Of a DNA stretch of 64,000 bases, positions 36,150 to 46,600 are shown one piece after another. This stretch comes from Mobula hypostoma. Lineage: Eukaryota. Location of the stretch: contig NC_086109.1 of NCBI RefSeq assembly GCF_963921235.1, positions 18,230,001-18,294,000 on the forward strand. The letters are read 5' to 3'. How positions within the stretch are numbered: position 1 is the stretch's first letter; each line of letters opens with the position of its first letter. The position numbers and the translations under genes are program-made. The notes under the pieces are model-generated. The model had not been told where the DNA came from and did not search any database. It worked only from the letters and a program-made list of their open reading frames with translations.

Positions 36150-39100
36150 TAAGACCATATGATTGAGGAGTAGAATTAGGCCACCTGGCCCATCTAGTCT
36201 GCTCTGCCATTTTGTTATGGCTGTACCAATTTTCAGCCCCAATCTCCTGCCTTCTCCCCGTATCCCTTCATGTCCTGACCAATCAAGAATCTCTCAATCT
36301 TTGCCTTAAACATACATAAAGTCTTGGCCTCCATAGCTATTTCTGGCAAAGAATTCTACAAATTCACCACTCTCTGACTGAAGAAATTCCTCCTTAACTT
36401 TGTTCTAAAAGGACGCCCCTCTATTCTGAGGCTGTGTCCTCTGGTCTTAGACTCTCCCACCATAGGAAGCAGCCTTTCCACATCCACTCTATCAACGTCT
36501 TTCGCCATTCGATGAGTTTCAATGAGGACACCCCTTATTCTTCTGAATTCCAGTGAATACAGGCCCAGAGCCATCAAATGCTCTTCATAAGACAAGACAT
36601 TCAAGCCTGGAATCATTTTCGCAAATCTCCTTTGAACCTTCTACAGTTTCAGGACATCCTTTCTAAGATAAGGGGCGTAAAACTGCTCACAATACTCCAG
36701 TGAGGCCTTACCAGTGCTTTAAAAAGTCTCAGCATTATGTCCTTGCTTTTATCTTCCAATCCTCTAGAAATGAATGCTAACATTGCATTTGCCTTCTTCA
36801 CCATAGACTCAACCTGCAAATTAACAAGGGAATGCTGCACAAGGACTCCCAAATCTTTTTGCAACTCAGTGTTTTTGTATTTTCTCTCCATTTTGAAAAT
36901 AGTCAATCCTTTCACTTCTTCTGCCCAAAGTGCATGACCATACACTTCCCAACACTGTATTTCATCTGCCATTTCTTTGCCCTTTCTCCTAATCTGTCTG
37001 TCCTTCCATAGCCTCTCTACTTCCTCAAAACTACCTGCCCCTCCACCTATCTTCATATTATCTGCAAATTTTGCAACAAAGCCATCAATTGGACCTTGCA
37101 GTTTCTGACTAACAGACCCCAATCAGTTAAGTTACACAACCTCTCCTCCTCCTCTCTCACCCTGAACACTGGTGTGCCTCAAGGCTGTGTACTGAGCCCT
37201 CTTCTGTACTCCCTTTTCACCTATGACTGCATTCCTGTATGTGGTTCTAACTCCATAATCAAGTTCGCAGACGACACCACAGTGGTTGGCCTGATCAGAG
37301 GGGATGACGAGACGGCCTACAGGGATGAGGTCCAGCACCTGGTCACGTGGTGTGCTGACAACAACCTGCCCCTTAACACCCAGAAGACCAAGGAGATCAT
37401 TGTGGACTTCAGGCATGCTAGGAGCCACACTCACGTTCCTATCTACATCAACGGAGCTGTAGTGGAGCATGTATCAAGCTTCAAATTCCTTGGTGTTCAC
37501 ATTTCCGAGGATCTCACCTGGTCCCTGAACTCCTCCATCCTGATCAAAAAGGTGCAACAGCGCCTTTATTTCCTGCAGAGCATCAAGAAAGCTCACCTCT
37601 GTCCCAGGACACTGATGGACTTTTACTGCTGTACCAATGAGAGCATACTCACCAATTGCATCTCAGTGGGGTATGGCAATTGTCCCATATCGGACTGCAA
37701 AGCACTCCAGCGTGTGGTGAAAACTGCCCAGCAGATTATCGGCATCCAATTGCCCACCATTGAGAACATCTGCCATAAACGCTGCCTGGGCAGGGCGAAA
37801 AGCATTATCAAGGATGCATCTCACCCTAACCACGGACTTTTTACTCTCCTCCCATCCGGTAGGCGCTACTGGAGCCTCCGCTCCCGCACAAGCAGGCACA
37901 GGAAGAGCTTCTTCCCTGAAGCTGTGACCCTGCTGAAGCTCACATCACAGCGCTAAGCAGTATTGCACCATATTGTACTGTCTCAGTACTTTTATATTTG
38001 TGTGCTGTAGCACTTACTTTTTATTCACAGTTATTTTGTAAGTAACACTATTCTTTGCATTTCTGGTCAGATGCTAACTGCATTTCATTGGCTTTGTATC
38101 TGTAGTCAGCACAATGACAATAAAGTTGAATCTAATCTAATCAATTTAATCATCTAAATCATTGACATACTGTATAACATAAAAAGAATTTGTCCCAAAC
38201 ACAAACCCCTGTGGAACACCACAAGTTACCGGCAGCCAGCCAGAAAAGGCTCCTTTTATTCCTATTCTTTGCCTCCTGCCAATCAGCCACTGCTCTATCC
38301 ATGCTGGAATCTTTCCTATAATACCATGGGCTCTTTATTTGTTAAGCAGTTTAATTTGTGGCACCTTGTTAAAAGCCTTCTGAAAATGCAAGTACACACA
38401 TCAACAGATTCTCCTTTTTGTCAATCCTGCTTGTTATTTCTTCAAGGAGTTCCAACAGATTTGTCAGGCAAGATTTTCCCTTGAGGAAACCATGCTGACT
38501 ATGGCCTATTTTATCATGTGCCTCCAAGTACCCTGAGACCTCATCCTTAATAATCGATCCCAACACCTTCCAAACCACTGAGGTCAGACTAACTGGCCTA
38601 TAGTTTCTTTTCTTCTGCCTCTCTCCCTTGAAAAGTGGAGTGACATTTGCAATATTCCAGTCTTCTGGAACCATTGTTGAACCTAGTGATTCTTGAAATA
38701 TCATTACTAATGGCTCTCTGATCTCTTCAGCCATCTCTTTCAGAACTCTGTTGTGTATACCATCTTGTCCAGGTGGGCTATCCTCTAATCTTTCAGTTTC
38801 CCAAGAATCTTCTCGCTAGTTATGATAACTTCATACATATGATGATCCCTGACACCTGGAACTTCCACCATACTGCTAATGCCTTCCACCATGAAGACTA
38901 ATGCAAAATATTTATTCAGTTTGTCCACCATTTTGTTGTTCCCCATTACTACCTTTTCAGCATGATTTTCTAGCAGTCTGATATCCACTCTCACCTCTCT
39001 ATGTATCTGGGTAAACTTTATGTATCTGAAGACACTTTTGGTATCCTTGTTAATACTATTGGCTAGCTTACTTTTGTGTTCCCTCTTTACATCCTGAATG

Positions 39101-39520
39101 AATTTTTAGTTGACGTCTGTTGGTTTTTAAAAACTTCCCAATCCTCTAATTTCCCCTTAACTTTTGCTCTATCATATGCCCTCTCGTTGGCTTTTGTGTT
39201 GGCTTTGACTTATTTTGTTAGCCATAGTTGTGTCATCTTTCCTTTAGAATACTTTTTCCTCTTTGGGATGCATATATCCTCTGCCTTCCAAATTGCTTTC
39301 AGAAATTCCAGGCATTGCTGCTCTGCCATCATCCTTGCCAGTGTTCTTTTCCCATCTCTCTCATGCCTCTGTAATTCCCTGTACTCCACTGTAATACAGA
39401 TACATCTGACTTTAGCTGCTTCTTCTCAATTTTCAGGCTGAATTCAATCATAATATGATCACTTTTGATATAGGGTCCTTTTACCTTAAGGCCACTAATC
39501 AATTCTGGTACATTGCACAT
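36150..39520 (-). mobile_element. Decayed CR1 LINE split by a Rex1 insertion
   Basis: NYRPVSLTSVV, SQHGFLKGKSCLTNLL, KFADN, FFSQRVVNL, SDH motifs in broken minus ORFs. Confidence 0.85.
37096..37956 (+). CDS. Rex1/Babar LINE reverse transcriptase, 5'-truncated open fragment (element ~37091-38139)
   Basis: FLTNRPQ, TGVPQGCVLSPLLYSLFTYDC, KFADDTTVVGLI, LLPSGRRY; tail aataaagttgaatctaatctaa; probable TSD ATCAATT at 37084-37090 and 38140-38146. Confidence 0.9.
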   Translation: MQFLTNRPQSVKLHNLSSSSLTLNTGVPQGCVLSPLLYSLFTYDCIPVCGSNSIIKFADDTTVVGLIRGDDETAYRDEVQHLVTWCADNNLPLNTQKTKEIIVDFRHARSHTHVPIYINGAVVEHVSSFKFLGVHISEDLTWSLNSSILIKKVQQRLYFLQSIKKAHLCPRTLMDFYCCTNESILTNCISVGYGNCPISDCKALQRVVKTAQQIIGIQLPTIENICHKRCLGRAKSIIKDASHPNHGLFTLLPSGRRYWSLRSRTSRHRKSFFPEAVTLLKLTSQR

Positions 39521-39699
39521 TGCACCCGGGAGGTCAACCCTTCGACCAGAAATGTCGACAATCCCTTTCCTCTTACAGATGTTGCTCGACCTGCTGTGTT
39601 CTTCCAGTAGATTGTTTATTGGTCCAGATTCCAGCATCTGCTGCCCTTTGTATGTCGGAGATCAATCCTGAGCTATACCTGGGAACTGCCACCATTATT

Positions 39700-41030
39700 G
39701 ATGGAAAAGTTGGAAAAGATTCTTAAAGATAGGATCTCTGGGCATTTAGACAATCATGGTCTGATCAGGGACAGTCAGCATGGCTTTGTGAAGGGCAGAT
39801 CATGTCTAACAAGCCTGATAGAGTTCTTTGAGGTGGTGAACAGGCATATAGATGACGGTAGTGCAGTGGATGTGATCTATATGAATTTTAGTAAGGCATC
39901 TGAGAAGGTTCCACACGGTGGGCTTATTCAGAAAGTCAGAAGGCATGGGATCCAGGGAAGTTTGGCCAGGTGGATTCAGAATTGGCTTGCCTGCAGAAAA
40001 CAGAGGGTCATGGTGGAGAGAGTACATTCAGATTGGAGGATTGTGACTAGTGGTGTCCCACAAGGATCTGTTCTAGGACCTCTACTTTTTGTGATTTTTA
40101 TTAATGACCTGGATGTGGGGGTAGAAGGGTTGGTTGGCAAGTTTGCAGATGACAGAAAGGTTGGTGGTGTTGTAGATAGTGTAGAGCATTGTCAAAGATT
40201 GCAGAGAGACATTGAAAGGATGTAGAAGTGGGCTGAAAAGTGGCAGATGGAGGTCAACCCGGAGAAGTGTGAGGTGGTACACTTTGGAAGGACAAACTCC
40301 AAGGCAGAGTACAAAGTAAATGGCAGGATACTCGGTAGTGTGGATGAGCAGAGGGATCTGGGGGTAATTGTCCACAGATCCCTGAAAGTTGCCTCACAGG
40401 TGGATAGGGTAGTTAAGAAAGCTTATGGGGTGTTAGCTTTCATAAGTCGAGGGATAGAGTTTAAGAGTCGCGATGTAATAATGCAGCTCCTTAAAACTCT
40501 GGTTAGGTCACACTTGGAGTATTGTGTCCAGTTCTGGTCGCCTCACTATAGGAAGGATGTGGAAGCATTGGAAAGGGTACGAGGAGATTTACCAGGATGT
40601 TGCCTGGTTTAGAGAGTATGCATTATGATCAGAGATTAAGGGAGCTAGGGCTTTACTCTTTGGAGAGAAGGAGGATGAGAGGACACATGATAGAGGTGTG
40701 CAAGATAATAAGAGGAATAGATAGAGTGGATAGCCAGCGTCTCTTCCTCAGGGCACCACTGCTCAATACAAGAGGACATGGCTTTAAGGTAAGGGGTGGG
40801 AAGTTCAAGGGGGATATTAGAGGAAGGTTTTTTACTCAGAGAGTGGTTGGTGCGTGGAATGCACTGCCTGAGTCAGTGGTGGAGGCAGATACACTCGTGA
40901 AGTTAAGAGACTACTAGACAGGTATATGGAGGAATTTAAGGTGGGGGCTTATATGGGAGGCAGGGTTTGAGGGTCGGCACAACACTGTGGGCCGAAGGGC
41001 CTATACTGTGCTGTACTTTTCTATTCTATT
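39700..41030 (+). mobile_element. 5'-truncated CR1 LINE with stops/frameshifts
   Basis: QHGFVKGRSCLT, GVPQGSVLGP, KFADD, LEYCVQFWSP, FFTQRVVGAWNALP; 3' stem-loop and ttctattctatt tail. Confidence 0.9.
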
Positions 41031-41725
41031 ATCCAAGGTTTAAAGCCGGTTTTTTTTTACATGCAAAGGATGGTCTTTTCCACAAACAGCAATTGTTATT
41101 GGCTAATTTAGAATTTTAAATTTGAGGCTGACAGATTCTTGTTAACCAGCTTGGGAAGGGAGTTAGGACAGAGGTAGTGTGGGATTGCAATCTCATTGAG
41201 TAGCGCTCCATTGGTCTACGCCCGTTCCTGCGGACTTGGCGTCTGAATGAAAACACTACCGCGGGCGGCGCAGAGGTTCGTTGACAGTACTGTACCAGTT
41301 CGTCAGCGTCCAGGAGCGAACTCATTACCTTGTGATTTGCAAGCAACCGCGGTCAACACCTGACGTCGTGAAACATTCCCTTCCCCTTGAATGATTCCAC
41401 TTCCTCTCTGTAACTTATTCACCCATTCTTTTCTTCAGGGAGAGAGAGAGAGAGAGAAAGAAACATTAACCATTGCCCTAGAGTTTAACCGAACTAGCTA
41501 ACATTTTATGGGGGGGGGGGGGGGAAGAGATGCCTGAAGCAACGTTGAACTCTTGCTCAATATTTCCCCGAGAATCCCATTGAGGAACTGCCTCCCCCGG
41601 GATGGTCAACTATTAATAAAACAGCTCTCCCGGAGAGGGGGCGTGTTGCTTTGCAAATGATTCGGCGCGAAGTTTATCCCGGATGATGGTGTGGGGAAAG
41701 AGTTAATTACCTGTTGAAGGCAGCG

Positions 41726-41733
41726 TATATAAG
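41726..41733 (+). promoter_or_regulatory. TATA-like box of MFSD4A
   Basis: TATATAAG ~165 nt upstream of the ATG, in a repeat-free CpG-enriched region. Confidence 0.5.
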
Positions 41734-41894
41734 ACACAGTGGCTGCACACTTGGAACCTCCTGTATCTGCGTCTGTGTGCTTTAAGAGGTGGTGGTTGGG
41801 GCTTGTGAGGAGACTCGTGCAGACCTTGTAAGCTCGAAACTTTCTAACCGAGGACTGCAACCTCAGCCGGAGTTGGTTCAGCGCTGTCTCCGAG

Positions 41895-42121
41895 ATGTTC
41901 GAAGATCGTCGTTGGGGTCTCTTTAAGCGTAACCTGCAACCCACCATCACTCTCTGGAGCGCTTTCTGCTCTTTTGGGCTGTGCATGGCTTTCCTGGGAC
42001 CAACGCTACTGGACCTCCGGTGCCAGACCCGTTCCAGCCTCAAACAGATCACCTGGGTGTTCTTCGCCCAGAACTTCTGCGTCCTCGTTGGAACCATCAT
42101 TGGCGGGGTCTTCAAGAAAAC
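41895..42121 (+). CDS. MFSD4A: Major facilitator superfamily domain-containing 4A (SLC60 family), coding exon 1
   Basis: MFEDRRWGLFKRNLQPTITLWSAFCSFGLCMAFLGPTLLDLRCQTRSSLKQITWVFF...GGVFKKT matches the MFSD4A N-terminus as I recall it (RNLQPTLTYWSVFFSFGLCIAFLGPTLLDLRCQT); gagATG start; phase-2 donor AC|GTGAGG at 42121/42122. Confidence 0.9.
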
Positions 42122-43475
42122 GTGAGGCGTTTACAGATTTTCGCGTTGCTCACACGCTTTCATACGTTTCTCAGTAACTCCGCAGTGCCTTTTCTCTCTG
42201 TTACTGTGCAGTCCGGCTTCTTGCCGTTTCAATGCCGTGTTACAAGTCAAACTAACCCCTGATTCCGTTGGATTCCGATCTCACTTGGATTTTCACCAGA
42301 ATTTTAGTTTTGCTTGCGGTTACAATTTGCCTTTTTATGAAGCGCAGGGTTTAAAGTTTTGAAGAATTACAGTAACTGAATCAAGGCAAGCATCCCTGTT
42401 TTGGACGAGCGTACTACTGGGATCACACCATGTAATCTAGTCATTTTTACAAAAAGAAATCCGCAGTACCGTGAGGCTGATAGAACACAATCAGCAAGGT
42501 GGTACGGTGTGGCTGTTAAGGTTAAAATGACTTTGTAGCGAGAAAAGAAAGACTTGCATTTATGTACCGCGACTCTTTCAGGAACTTTAAAAAGAGCTTT
42601 ACGGCCAACGGTGTCCTCGAGCTGAGGTCAGCATTGTGATGTAGAAAAGAAAGTTCCCACAGACAACATTGTACAGTGACTAGAGGTTTTATTTTTGAAA
42701 AGTTAATTGAGGAATAAATATTCAGTGACACATCAGGACAAATATTGGCCAGGCTCCTGGGAACAGCTCCACTCCCAAACTCTGGAATAGTGCCTGGTGT
42801 GGGACTGAGAGCTAGGCAGTGATCTGTTTCTCTTTTGATACTGTTGGAGCTAATCTTCCCCCATAACATTATGAGATTTTATTTTCTACTGGTTGAGATC
42901 TTTCACATCCTACTGGGTGATTAGACAGGGACAGGGTGTGACAGGGCAAAAGAGGCAACTCCTCCCAGTGCAACACTGTCTCAGTACCACACTGGGGTCT
43001 TATCCTTGAGGATGACTCAAGTGCATGGACTCAGGAGTTGGAGACCTAATGTCTGTGAGACTGCTGGAGGCCCCGAGGCGACCTTGGGTTGGAGACTGTC
43101 TGTGTGTGTGTGTGTGAGTGGATGAGTGGGAGGGAAAAAAGATACTGTTGTTGTTATTTTGTCTCTGTTCTGTTGCTTGTGGTATTCCGCTCAACATAGT
43201 GGGCATCCTATGTTGGTGCCAGAATGTGTGGTGACTCCAGCGAGCTGGGTTGTGTTGGTTGTTTACGCAAGGGAAACATTCTACAGTTTTGTTTCATTGT
43301 ACATGTGATAAATAAATGAATCTGAATGGGATGGGGAGCAAGGGGGGGGGGAACTTTTCAACACTGACACCAGAGTCAACCAAGCTGAGGTGAACATCTT
43401 GTCTGACTAAGGACACTTTTACAATGATGGCCACTGTGGCTAACATGGACTTGTTGGGCTGAAGGGCCTGTATTT

Positions 43476-43572
43476 CTCTCCCCCCTCTCCCCCCTCTCCC
43501 CCCTCTCCCCCCCTCTCCCCCCTCTCCCCCCTCTCCCCCCTCTCCCCCCTCTCCCCCTCTCCCCCCCTCTCT
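43476..43572. repeat. (CTCTCCCCC)n-type 9-10 bp tandem repeat
   Basis: About ten units seen directly. Confidence 0.95.
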
Positions 43573-44054
43573 ATCAATGAACATGGACAATGCAAATTCT
43601 CCCTTGGGTTAGCTAACTGTCCGGAGCCCACAAAATTGTCTATTTCCCGGAAAGACAATTCAACTCTTAGATTCATATTTTCTGGAATTCCCTTTTACTT
43701 TACTTTTCAAAAATAGCTAAAATTCCAGATCCCATTTTTAAGTTGACAACGCTAGCTTTAAGTAGATGCATCCATTTAGTTCTTATCCCAGTGTTAGTAA
43801 AATATTGAGGCTTTCTTTTAGCTTGAGGTTTCTGTTTTACTTGGGTCATGTAAATATTTCTATATCATTAGTTGTGGGCAGGAATGAAGAGTGGAAAAAA
43901 TTCTAAATGGCATCAAATAGGCTGACAGAGAGAAAAGACACATAGAAACAAAGAGATAATTGCAGCAAGTCCATAAATCGTAAAATACAAGGATTTAGTG
44001 AGGACTGTGCGGAATTTACACTGAGCTTCTTAATCAGCTCAGTGTTTTGTTTGT

Positions 44055-44330
44055 TTTATTTATTTGTTGAAATACAGCGCAGAATAGGGAGCCGTGCTGC
44101 CTGGAAATCCCTTGATTATAATCCTTGCCTAATCACGGCACAATTTACAATAACCAATTAACCTACCAAATGGTATATCTTTGGATTGTGGGAGGAAACC
44201 TGAGCACTCAGAGGAAACCTACACGGTCACCGGGAGATGGTACAAACTCCTTACGGGCAGTGGTGGGAATTGAACCCAGGTCGCTTGTACTGTAAAGCTT
44301 GGTGCTAACCACTATGCTACCATGCTGCCC
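44055..44330 (-). mobile_element. V-SINE/HE1-like tRNA-derived SINE
   Basis: tRNA-like head (gtagcatagtggttagc, gggttcaattcc) plus V-domain (ggagtttg..tctccc.gtgac...gtttcctcccaca.tccaaaga); other copies near 21160, 47865, 56310, 58290. Confidence 0.75.
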
Positions 44331-44699
44331 CAAGAACATGTAGAACATTACAATACAGGCCTTTTGGCCCATAGTCTTATGGCGACCTTTTATTCTACTC
44401 AATCTAATCAATCAATCAATCAATCTTTTTCTATCATCTGTGTGCCAATCTAAGAGTTGCTGACAACCTTCCTCATGTATTTTTCCAGTTGTCTTTCTGA
44501 AGTTGCTTTCAGCCACCATCATCCTCTCGGGCGGTATTTTGCCAATTCTTTATAGCTCAGTGCATTAAAGGACGGGCGCAGAGGCACAGCTAGTAGGAGC
44601 TGCTGCCTCACAGCACTGATGGCCTGGGTTCAGTCCTGACCTCACTGTGGAGTTTGTGCATCTTCTCTGTGATGGCTGGGGTTTCCTCTGGTTATCTCC

Positions 44700-45232
44700 C
44701 CCTGATGAGGTCGCACTCAGAAAGGAGGACCAACATCTCATACTCTGCCTGGGTGGTTTGATGGCATGAACGTTGATTTCTGTAGCTTCTGTTAATTTTA
44801 CACTCTTCCCCCTTCTCTCTTTTTCCATTCCCTATTTTGGTCACCTTCTCACCCTTTCTGTTCTCCTCACCTCCCTCTGGTGCCCCTCCTCCTTCTGTTT
44901 CTTTCATGGTCTGTTGTCCTCCCCTATCAGATTCCTTCAGCCCTTTAGCTCTTCCATCTATCACCTCCCAGCTTCTTACTTCATCCCCACTCACCCACCT
45001 TCCCCTTCACCTAGTCTCACCTATCACTGCCAGCTTGTACTCCTTCCCCTCACTCCCACCTTCATATTCTGGCATCTTCCCCCTTCATTTCCAATCCTAA
45101 CGAATGGTCTTGGCCTGAAACATCAAATGTTTGTTCCTCTCTTTAGATGCTGTCTGACCTGCTGAGTTGCTCTAGCATTTTGTGTGTGTTGCTCAAGATT
45201 TCCAGCATCTGCAGGATCTCTTGGGTTTGTGT
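44700..45232 (+). mobile_element. Old Penelope-like 3' end with decayed hammerhead
   Basis: GIY-YIG C-end remnant (ggaggaccaacatctcata...gatggcatgaacgttgatttc), pyrimidine UTR, cctaacgaatggtcttggcctgaaacatc, terminus ttccagcatctgcag. Confidence 0.7.
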
Positions 45233-45234
45233 TG

Positions 45235-45810
45235 TAGAAACGTAGAAATCTACAGCACATTACAGGCCCTTCAGCCCACAATCCTGGCAGACCATATACA
45301 GTAACCTACTCTAGAAACTGCCTAGAATTTCCCTTTCACATAGCCCTTTATTTTTCTAAGCTATCTAAGAGTCTCTTAAAAGACTATATTGTATCAGCCT
45401 CTACCACCCTCGCTGGCAATGCATTGCACACCCCAGGCACTCTCTTTGTGGAAAAACTTACTTCTGACAACCCCCTTGTACCTACTTTCAAGCATCTTAA
45501 AACTATGCCCCCTTGTGCTAGCCATTTTAGCCCTGGGGAAAAAGCCTCTGGCTATCTACACGATCAATGCCCCTCATCATCTTGTACACCTGTATCAGGT
45601 CACCTCTCAGCATCTGTCGCTCCAAGGAGAAAAGGCCAAGTTCACTAAATCTATTCTCATAAGGGATGCTCTTAAATCCGGACAACATCCCTGTAAATCT
45701 CTTCTGCAGTCTCTCCATAGTATCCACATCTTATAGTATTCCTGTAATGAGGTGACCAAAACTGAACACAGTACTCCAAGTGGAGTCTAACTACGGTGTT
45801 GTATAGTAAG
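45235..45810 (-). mobile_element. CR1 LINE 3' fragment
   Basis: ERLQKRFTGMLSG...RGDLIQVYKMMRGIDRVDS; tail tagaaacgtagaaa on plus. Confidence 0.8.
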
Positions 45811-45936
45811 TTAGTAGGTTAGTTGGGAACTGTACATTTTCCTTGCTGTGTATATGTGGTGAAATCTTGTATTAGAAGATAGGATTAAGTTCCTAGCGTG
45901 ACAATGGAATCCACAATCTTCTAACACAGATCTAAG

Positions 45937-46022
45937 CAGGGGTTCCCAACCCGCGGTCCATGGATTCTTTGGTTAATGGTGACGGTTCATGGCATTTAAA
46001 AGAAAAAGATTGGGAACCCCTG
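45937..46022. mobile_element. 86-bp hAT(Charlie)-type MITE
   Basis: Perfect 13-bp TIRs CAGGGGTTCCCAA / TTGGGAACCCCTG; 8-bp TSD not clean. Confidence 0.75.
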
Positions 46023-46249
46023 GCTAGAGAGAATACAAATGAGGTGTAACTAATGCAGTTGATGCCTTCAAATGTGGGGGAAAAAATGGTTCCCAGTCTA
46101 GAATATAACTTGTTCTGGGCTAGTAAATCTCTCGGGACCCTAATTACTTCCAATGTAAAGAAAAATATTCCCAGTATCAGTCCAGAATATAACTTCCAAT
46201 GGCAAATAAACCCCTCATCCTAAATTAATATAAGTTAATTATTCTTAGT

Positions 46250-46600
46250 TACTGACTGCCTGTTACACCACTGGCATTTCGGGCAGCAATGAAGATCCTC
46301 CATCTCTGTCTGTCAATAGCATCGCACACAGATATGGGAAGATTCTTCTTGCTGTTTCTGTAACAATTTTTTTTAACCATGCAGGGTTGTTGGCCCCGAG
46401 CTGAACCCCCAAACCTGGAGGACCAGTGGACCACTACCCTTTGACCTCTGCCCTCTACCCTTTGACCTGTTCGGCATGGGTAACGCTGCCAAGAGCCAAA
46501 GCCCAAGGCCCTGACTCTAGCCAACATAGATCTCTGGGTCATTGGGGCACGCAAGCCTCCGAAGCCTACGACAAGGTTGTGGTCTTCTTGGAGGTGATGA
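46250..46600 (-). mobile_element. RTE (Expander/Rex3-like) bipartite non-autonomous element
   Basis: Minus begins with RTE-like 5'UTR (accttgtcgt..gcttgcgtgccccaatga..tatgttg) and ends with DRQRWRIFIAA-like RTE 3' end. Confidence 0.5.

Noticed and set aside
1..41100. Exons of an upstream host gene (e.g. a CDK18-like neighbour expected from mammalian synteny)
   Set aside because: No kinase or other host-protein motifs found; short exons could have been missed without alignment
41606..42115. 169-aa minus-strand ORF
   Set aside because: Antisense shadow of MFSD4A exon 1 and its 5'UTR; no recognisable motifs
43294..43676. Gly/Glu/Arg-rich ORFs
   Set aside because: Translations of the (CTCTCCCCC)n tandem repeat
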